Part shown: positions 39,490 to 45,562 of the stretch, piece after piece
How the letters are laid out: every line of letters starts with the position of its first letter
Position numbering within the stretch: position 1 is the stretch's first letter
Source of the DNA: an uncultured Roseburia sp.
Lineage (GTDB): Bacteria; Bacillota; Clostridia; Lachnospirales; Lachnospiraceae
Reading direction: 5' to 3'
Assembly (NCBI GenBank): GCA_964390325.1
Contig: CAYMHX010000001.1
Location: 1 to 45,562, forward strand
DNA length: 45,562 bases
The notes under the pieces: generated by a model
The model's database searches: none
Told to the model about the DNA's origin: nothing
Seen by the model: only the letters and a program-made list of their open reading frames with translations
Position numbers and translations under genes: made by a program

Positions 39490-40353
39490 ATGATAAACTA
39501 TGGCGAAAAAATAGGAATTGTCTGCTGCTCAAATGGACAAAAAAAGTCAAATATAGAAAAAATCAAAGCCTTAGCAGATATATTATCCGATATGGGACTG
39601 CAGCCTGTATTTAGTGATTATATCTATGAAAAAGAGGGTGTGTGTTGTGGTACGCCAGAGGAACGTGCAGAAGCAGTCATGACATTTTACAAGGAGGATA
39701 CGATAAAAGGGATATTTGACATTTCAGGCGGCGATGCGGCAAACGGAATATTGCCTTATCTGGACTATGATGTAATTGCAAAAAGTAAGAAAATGTTCTG
39801 GGGTTATAGTGATTTAACAACAGTTCTAAATGCCATTTATGCAAAGACAGGAAGTGAGTCTGTTTTATATCAGATTAAAAATTTGATATATAAAAATAGC
39901 GTACAACAGAAAAAAGATTTTGAAAATACAGTATTACAGAATGAACCTGATTTATTTCACATTGATTACTACTTTATTCAAGGAAAAGAAATGCAGGGTA
40001 TTGTAGTGGGTGGAAATATCCGATGTTTTTTAAAACTGGCAGGAACTGAATATATGCCAAACTTGGATAATAAAATACTGCTGCTAGAAAGCTTTGGCGG
40101 AATGTCTGCAAAAATAGAAACCTATCTACATCAATTAAAACAAATAGGGGCTTTTGATAAAATAACTGGTATTTTGCTTGGAACATTTACTGAAATGGAA
40201 ACGGAACAATGTATTCCAACAGCAGAAATGCTTGTTAAAAAACTAACAGGTGAGCAAATGCCGATTGCTGTTACCAGAAATATAGGACATGGAACGGATT
40301 CCAAGGCAATGGTAATTGGGCGTGAATTATATCTTATAGAAAAAAATACATAA
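39490..40353 (+). CDS. S66 family peptidase (LD-carboxypeptidase/MccF-like)
   Basis: GYSD, GGN, LLES, GHG (Ser-Glu-His triad). Confidence 0.88.
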   Translation: MINYGEKIGIVCCSNGQKKSNIEKIKALADILSDMGLQPVFSDYIYEKEGVCCGTPEERAEAVMTFYKEDTIKGIFDISGGDAANGILPYLDYDVIAKSKKMFWGYSDLTTVLNAIYAKTGSESVLYQIKNLIYKNSVQQKKDFENTVLQNEPDLFHIDYYFIQGKEMQGIVVGGNIRCFLKLAGTEYMPNLDNKILLLESFGGMSAKIETYLHQLKQIGAFDKITGILLGTFTEMETEQCIPTAEMLVKKLTGEQMPIAVTRNIGHGTDSKAMVIGRELYLIEKNT

Positions 40354-40407
40354 AGCAAAAAGCTATGACGATTCATTATATTTATGATAGTCATAGCTTT
40401 TTTTGCT
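40354..40407 (+). terminator. Intrinsic terminator (possibly bidirectional)
   Basis: aaaaagctatgac...gtcatagcttttttt. Confidence 0.75.
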
Positions 40408-40481
40408 GTTTTGACCTGAGCTGGCTTCTCGCCAAAGAAATTTTCAGAAAAACTTTCGTTTCAGCAAGCTGAACAATCGTT

Positions 40482-40515
40482 TTTTATGAAAATTGCCTTG
40501 GTTCTGAATGATTAC
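40482..40515. repeat. Element end (ctgaatgattac), inverted copy of 33662-33695
   Basis: 31/34 identity; the adjacent 40413-40481 may be element interior. Confidence 0.75.
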
Positions 40516-40678
40516 AAATTAAAACACAGATTTTTCACAAATTTTAAAGAATATTTTCAGCATCAATTAAGGGAAGAATGATATTTTAATTATGGCTTAT
40601 TCAGTAAGTCTGTGAAATGATTGCTGCGAAGATATGAAATCAATAGAAGATATTTTCGCTAAGAAATGAGAGGTAAAA

Positions 40679-42211
40679 ATGTTAAGTAAAAAAAGCATAT
40701 CGGCATTACTCTGTATTCTATTAGTACTATTTTTAGGAATGAATGCAGGAGTATCAGGAAAAATGACAGATGCAAAAGAAACAGTCAAAGAAACCCGCTC
40801 AGAAAATGAAGTTACTTTAGAAAACGGAGAGAAAAACAATAATTCTTTTACAAAAGAAGGAACTACCTTAATGGGAACGATTTCTCAAATGGCTGAATTT
40901 TCATTAAATCGGGTTTTAATGTATGTAGAAGAAGTATATGTCACAGCAGGAGATACCATAGCGGAAGGAGATGCACTTTTTAAAATATCAGAGGACTGTA
41001 TAACAGAGGCAAAAGAATATTATGAAAGTGCAATCTTAATAGCAGAAGATACTTTAACAGAAGCAAAACTGGCTTTTGAAAGTGGTGAATTAGAGGCTTC
41101 TTATTTAAAATCAGAGACAGAAAACAGGGCTGCGAATGCAGAGGCAGAGCTTGAGACAGCATTAGCAGAAGTGGATGAAGAAATTACAGAAAAATATGAA
41201 GAATGGCAGTCTGCTGTTTATCAAATATCCGCGTATAATGAGGCTTTATCGAATAATGTTTATTATACAAGAGCAGAAGTACCGGAAAAAGAAGCTGCTT
41301 TGGCATCTGCACAGACAACTTATGAGAATGCAATTGTAGCTTATCAAGCAACAGGGACTACATACGAAGCCGAAAAAAGCTCTTTTGATAGTGCAGTTGC
41401 AGAACTGGAAGCAGTTGTATCAGGTACTTCCATAAGTGGTTTGACAATCGAAGATGCTGCAAGACTTGTAGTAGAGGGACATCAAAGGCTTGCGACAGTG
41501 GAACCACTCTATCAAGAAACAGAGCGTACCAATCGGGAATTGGAGCAGGCAAAACAGGCATTCACACAAGCACAGTCAAATTATGAAAAAAGTCAGTCAG
41601 AAGCTCAAAAAGCCTTGGAACAATTAGAAGGAAGCGTAGACAGCTTAGAGCAGAAGTATGAATCAGCCACTTTAGAGGCAGAAACAAAGAAGCTCTCCTT
41701 ACAAAAAGAATATGAAACAGCCGTCTTAGAAGGAGAATATGCACAGACTGTCTATAATAATACCATTGAGACCTTAAAATCTGCACAGGAGAATGCCCAA
41801 AAAACATTAAATGAATTAAAAGAAGAACAGACCGCATTACTGGCATTGGAAAATGGCGTGGTTTGTGCAAACCAGTCAGGTATACTTGCTTCTATAAGCT
41901 ATGATGCAGAAGATGTACTTTTTTCAGGTACGGAGCTGGTATCTTATTATGACACTTCTACATTAAGCATCTCAGTAGAAGTCGAACAGGAAAATATTGC
42001 AAAGATTGCTGTTGGAGATGAAGTAAACGTATCTCTTTCGGAAAGTCGGAGAGGAAATGTTACAGGTAAGGTTGCTTCCATTGCAGCAACTGCAACAACA
42101 GGAAGAAGTGTATCAGATGTTACCTATACAGTGATAATTTCAATAGAAAATCAAAATAATATGCTGTCGGCTGGGACATCAGCAACAGTGACTTTTATAT
42201 ATGGAGAATAA
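40679..42211 (+). CDS. Periplasmic adaptor/membrane fusion protein (HlyD/MacA-like) with very long coiled coil
   Basis: N-terminal hydrophobic segment; VEEVYVTAGDTIAEGDALF lipoyl half-motif; ~300 aa helical region; VGDEV...GKVASI...YTV beta-barrel. Confidence 0.8.
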   Translation: MLSKKSISALLCILLVLFLGMNAGVSGKMTDAKETVKETRSENEVTLENGEKNNNSFTKEGTTLMGTISQMAEFSLNRVLMYVEEVYVTAGDTIAEGDALFKISEDCITEAKEYYESAILIAEDTLTEAKLAFESGELEASYLKSETENRAANAEAELETALAEVDEEITEKYEEWQSAVYQISAYNEALSNNVYYTRAEVPEKEAALASAQTTYENAIVAYQATGTTYEAEKSSFDSAVAELEAVVSGTSISGLTIEDAARLVVEGHQRLATVEPLYQETERTNRELEQAKQAFTQAQSNYEKSQSEAQKALEQLEGSVDSLEQKYESATLEAETKKLSLQKEYETAVLEGEYAQTVYNNTIETLKSAQENAQKTLNELKEEQTALLALENGVVCANQSGILASISYDAEDVLFSGTELVSYYDTSTLSISVEVEQENIAKIAVGDEVNVSLSESRRGNVTGKVASIAATATTGRSVSDVTYTVIISIENQNNMLSAGTSATVTFIYGE

Positions 42212-42215
42212 GAGT

Positions 42216-43673
42216 ATGAAAAAAGCAAAATCAAAAAAGAAAAAATGGGCAGTATTAGGTGTATGTGCAGGAGCAGTTCTTGTGGCTGGAATAGGAAATT
42301 TCTTTTATTCCAATGCTAATTCCCCAAAAGACGAACTTGTATATAAGGAAACAACGGTACAGAGAGGAAATCTTACCTATGGAATAACAGAAAGTGGTTC
42401 TGTAGCTATCGGTTCATTGACACAGGAGTTTGAATTAGAAGAAAGCTCTGGTTCTTCTTCCTCTTATTCTGCCATGGGTGGAATGGCAGGAAGTTCTTCT
42501 ACAAATGCAAGTAGCGCCCTTGAAGTAGAAGAAGTATATGTGGCAGCAGGGCAGAACGTGGAAAAAGGCGAGGCATTGTTTAAAATTTCACAAGAAAGCA
42601 TAGAAGATTACAGGGACAGTTTAGAAACAGCAGTGTCTAATGCTTCGGCAAGTTTAAGTGAAGCAAAGCTTGCTGCTGAAAAACAGCAATTATCAGCAGA
42701 TTATAGTTATTCTTCGAGCATCGCAAAAGGAAATGTGGCAGAAGCAAACTATAATGCGACCTTGACACAATTGGAGGCTGAGATAAATCTGGCACAGGAA
42801 GATGTGGATTATTATACGGCTTTAGTAGAATATTATTTAAGTATGGTACAAAGCGGAGATGAATCCTACACAAGTAAGCACGCACAGGCAGAAGAAAAAA
42901 AGCAGGAAGCAAAGGCAAAATTAGTAACTGCTCAAAATAACTATACGACAAAGTCCATCGAAGCCCAAAAAACCTATGAAGAAACCATGCTAAATTATAA
43001 TAATGCCTCCAGTCAGTATTCGATTGATGTAAACGGCATAGACAGTGATGTGAGCAGTGCTTCTGGTACATTAGAAGATGCAAAGGAGGCATTGGCAGAG
43101 TTTGAAGCATTTATTGGGGATGGAATTGTATATGCAGAATATACAGGCAAATTGACTACATTAGGCTATGCAGCAGGAGATGTATTATCCGCAGATACGG
43201 CAATTGCTACCTATTCCGATGCAAGTGCCGTAACAATGACAGTTGCCGTTTCACAGGAAGACATTTCGGCAATTGCTATTGGAGATACTGTTTTAATTGA
43301 GTTGACAGCGTACAAAGAGGAAGCCTTTGAAGGAATGGTTTTAGGTATAGATACCTCTACGTCCAGCGGTTCCTCCACTGTTTCTTATAATGTGACGGTT
43401 ACATTTATAGGCGATACCTCTAAAATCTATACGGATATGACAGGAAATGTGACCTTTATTCAAAAACAGATATCCGATGTTATTTATGTTTCTAATAAAG
43501 CCATCATCAATGAAGGAACGGTATCTTATGTAAAGATAAAGAAAGAAGACGGCAGTTTTGAAACCGTACAGGTAGAAACCGGTTTTTCAGACGGAGTAAA
43601 TGTAGAAATTATTTCAGGCTTGCAGGAAGGCGATATTGCAATTATTGAGAGTAGAGTGGTGAGTGAATCATGA
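42216..43673 (+). CDS. Second periplasmic adaptor (MacA/YknX-like); start 42216 or 42201
   Basis: TM helix, TVQRGNL, VEEVYVAAGQNVEKGEALF, VETGFSDGVNVEIISGLQEGD. Confidence 0.85.
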   Translation: MKKAKSKKKKWAVLGVCAGAVLVAGIGNFFYSNANSPKDELVYKETTVQRGNLTYGITESGSVAIGSLTQEFELEESSGSSSSYSAMGGMAGSSSTNASSALEVEEVYVAAGQNVEKGEALFKISQESIEDYRDSLETAVSNASASLSEAKLAAEKQQLSADYSYSSSIAKGNVAEANYNATLTQLEAEINLAQEDVDYYTALVEYYLSMVQSGDESYTSKHAQAEEKKQEAKAKLVTAQNNYTTKSIEAQKTYEETMLNYNNASSQYSIDVNGIDSDVSSASGTLEDAKEALAEFEAFIGDGIVYAEYTGKLTTLGYAAGDVLSADTAIATYSDASAVTMTVAVSQEDISAIAIGDTVLIELTAYKEEAFEGMVLGIDTSTSSGSSTVSYNVTVTFIGDTSKIYTDMTGNVTFIQKQISDVIYVSNKAIINEGTVSYVKIKKEDGSFETVQVETGFSDGVNVEIISGLQEGDIAIIESRVVSES

Positions 43674-45139
43674 GAGGAAAAGAATTATTACGGTTGGTTT
43701 GGCTAAATATTACCCAGAATAAATTTAAAGTAATTATGACGTCCATTGGTATTATTGTAGGTGCTGCAACCATTGTAATGGTAATTGCAATTGGAAAGGG
43801 CGGTCAGGCAGATGTAGCTGACCAGTTTAAAAATTTGAATGCAGGAGCTATTGATATTTCTTATGATGGCGGTACAGACAAAGATAGGGGAAGAATGGAT
43901 TCTGAGAGTGCTACGACAGGAGGTTTTCCTGCCGGTGGTGCAATGGGAGGCTTTTCAGGCGGCGGTAAGGAAGGGTTTTCTAGAGGGGGAATGGGAAGTT
44001 CTGCAAACTTTGGTGGTGGAACTTCACAAGGTGGTATGCCAAATATGCCCAATAGGGGAGAAATGCCTGATATGAGTGAAAGTTTTGGAGATATGGGAGG
44101 TTTTGGAGGGGGAATGGATTTATTCTTCGGAAACGGAACTTCCATGGAAGAACGTATAAATCAGGAAAATATTATACTTAGTACTGACGATTTGGACGAT
44201 TTACTTCTTTTTGCAGGAGGAATTACGGAAGGAACGATTTCTTATAGCACAAGAGGAACAGTAAACGGAGGTGAATTAGAAGAAGCCGCTTCTTATACAC
44301 TTGCAGGGGTAAAAGAAAATTATGCCTCTATCAGTAATTTGGTTCTATCTGTAGGAGAATTTATTACAGAAAGCAATGATGAAAATAAGGAAAAGGTCTG
44401 TATATTAGGGGCATCTGTGGCAGAAGAAATGTTTGGAAGTGCCATTGAGGCCTATGGCAGTATTGTTTATATTGACGACAGGCAGTATGTGGTAAATGGC
44501 GTATTACAGACCATGGGAACGGTTGCTTCCGGTATTAGTCCGGATGAAGCTGTATTTCTTCCGTATGAAACAGGAATAAAATATATTGTTGGAACAGATG
44601 TAAGTCCTACCATTACGGTAATTGCAGATGATGTAAATAATATTCAAGGTGTTATTCAAAATGTGACAAATGTTTTAGCTGAGTCTTATTCTAATGCAGA
44701 ATTTACCTATGAAGATGCAGGAAGTAAAATGGAAGCTGCATCGGCTTCTAATGAAATATTAACTCTTTTATTGATTGCAATGGCTGTAATTGTATTTATT
44801 GTCGGTGGTATCGGCATTATGAATGTCTTATTTGTTTCCGTAAAAGAGCGGACAAATGAAATCGGTATCTTAAAAGCAATTGGATGCTCACAGAAAAATA
44901 TTTTGTTTGAATTTTTATTAGAAGCTGCTGCAATCAGTCTGATAGGCGGTATTTTAGGGGTAGGATTGAGCTTTATAATTGCACCGATTGCAGAATATCT
45001 GGGGGTAAGAGTCGAAATGTCAATGTCAGCCTGGGTCATGGCATTGATTTTTTCAATCGGAACAGGAACAATTTTTGGATTTTATCCTGCATATAAGGCA
45101 TCGAAATTAGTGCCGGTAGAAGCATTAGGAGCAGAATAG
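43670..45139 (+). CDS. MacB/FtsX-type ABC transporter permease with Gly/Met-rich extracellular insertion
   Basis: TSIGIIVG, VGGIGIMNVLFVSVKERTNEIGILKAIG, FGFYPAYKASKLVPVEAL. Confidence 0.92.
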   Translation: MRGKELLRLVWLNITQNKFKVIMTSIGIIVGAATIVMVIAIGKGGQADVADQFKNLNAGAIDISYDGGTDKDRGRMDSESATTGGFPAGGAMGGFSGGGKEGFSRGGMGSSANFGGGTSQGGMPNMPNRGEMPDMSESFGDMGGFGGGMDLFFGNGTSMEERINQENIILSTDDLDDLLLFAGGITEGTISYSTRGTVNGGELEEAASYTLAGVKENYASISNLVLSVGEFITESNDENKEKVCILGASVAEEMFGSAIEAYGSIVYIDDRQYVVNGVLQTMGTVASGISPDEAVFLPYETGIKYIVGTDVSPTITVIADDVNNIQGVIQNVTNVLAESYSNAEFTYEDAGSKMEAASASNEILTLLLIAMAVIVFIVGGIGIMNVLFVSVKERTNEIGILKAIGCSQKNILFEFLLEAAAISLIGGILGVGLSFIIAPIAEYLGVRVEMSMSAWVMALIFSIGTGTIFGFYPAYKASKLVPVEALGAE

Positions 45140-45151
45140 AAAGGTAAGAAA

Positions 45152-45562
45152 ATGAAAAAGAAAAAAATAGCAGGGATTGTGCTTTTATTGGCTGTGGGCA
45201 TAGGGTTTGGTATCTTTTGGGGAACGAACCACTCGGAGAAAGTGGCGTTAAAAGAAAATCAGAAATATATTTATGGATATGTGACTTCTATACAGGGGAA
45301 TGAAATGACCTATATGGAGATGGAAGAAGCCGTAGTGGAAAGTATGCTTGAGTCGGAGAGTGAGTCCATGGAACATAATTCTACAGAAAGCAATTCTACT
45401 GAAAAAAAGGAAAATGAACCTGAGACAGAAGGTAACTCAGATACCATCGGAACTTTTTCAAACAATGGCGAAATGCCAAATAGGGAGAACGTTTCAAGCA
45501 ACAAAGAAATGCCAAACAGGGAGAACGTTTCAGGCAACGGAGAAATATCGAATAGAGAGAAC
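45152..45562 (+). CDS. Membrane-anchored/secreted acidic protein with 12-aa repeats (3' truncated; absent from the ORF track)
   Basis: Open frame MKKKKIAGIVLLLAVGIGFGIFWG...YGYVTSIQGNEMT...NGEMPNRENVSS running to window end; AAGG RBS. Confidence 0.85.
   Translation, partial: MKKKKIAGIVLLLAVGIGFGIFWGTNHSEKVALKENQKYIYGYVTSIQGNEMTYMEMEEAVVESMLESESESMEHNSTESNSTEKKENEPETEGNSDTIGTFSNNGEMPNRENVSSNKEMPNRENVSGNGEISNREN
45457..45562 (+). repeat. 36-bp tandem coding repeat, about 3 copies up to the window end
   Basis: ttcaaacaatggcgaaatgccaaatagggagaacgt / ttcaagcaacaaagaaatgccaaacagggagaacgt / ttcaggcaacggagaaatatcgaatagagagac. Confidence 0.85.

Noticed and set aside
74..45537. Many short antisense or alternate-frame ORFs in the track (e.g. 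988-1386, 24222-24578, 42637-43110, 43861-44145)
   Set aside because: They overlap well-supported genes and show no recognisable motifs; treated as shadow ORFs. Only 28553-28765 on the minus strand is accepted.
45457..45562. 36-bp repeats of CRISPR-like length
   Set aside because: Head-to-tail with no spacers, degenerate, and in frame within a coding sequence.

Overview
AT-rich, almost entirely + strand chromosomal segment of a spore-forming Clostridia bacterium; gene order and sequences look Lachnospiraceae-like (inference). About 36 kb is core genome: fhs(3' end)-folD, rlmH, yqfC-yqfD-phoH-ybeY, a MurJ/SpoVB-type flippase, two flavoproteins, mutS-mutL-miaA-ynbB-like, radC-mreBCD-mrdA-minD-minE-rodA-mgsA-dac, yggS-sepF-ylmH-aroB-lspA-rluD and a cytidylate-kinase-like gene. 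The last ~9 kb looks accessory: a GGDEF-EAL-PAS protein, an S66 peptidase, and a MacB-type export operon with two periplasmic-adaptor genes that runs off the window. No rRNA, tRNA, CRISPR array or transposase gene was seen. The most notable unannotated signal is a dispersed family of non-coding elements, 18-159 bp long, with GTAACTATTCAG-like inverted ends in many intergenic gaps. Three copies have clear 8-bp flanking direct repeats, and the family includes a recurrent 27-bp mini-unit. Also notable: minC is missing from the shape/division operon, MinD is diverged at helix 7, and MreB has Lys at the catalytic Glu position. All alignments were done by eye; no database searches were run.
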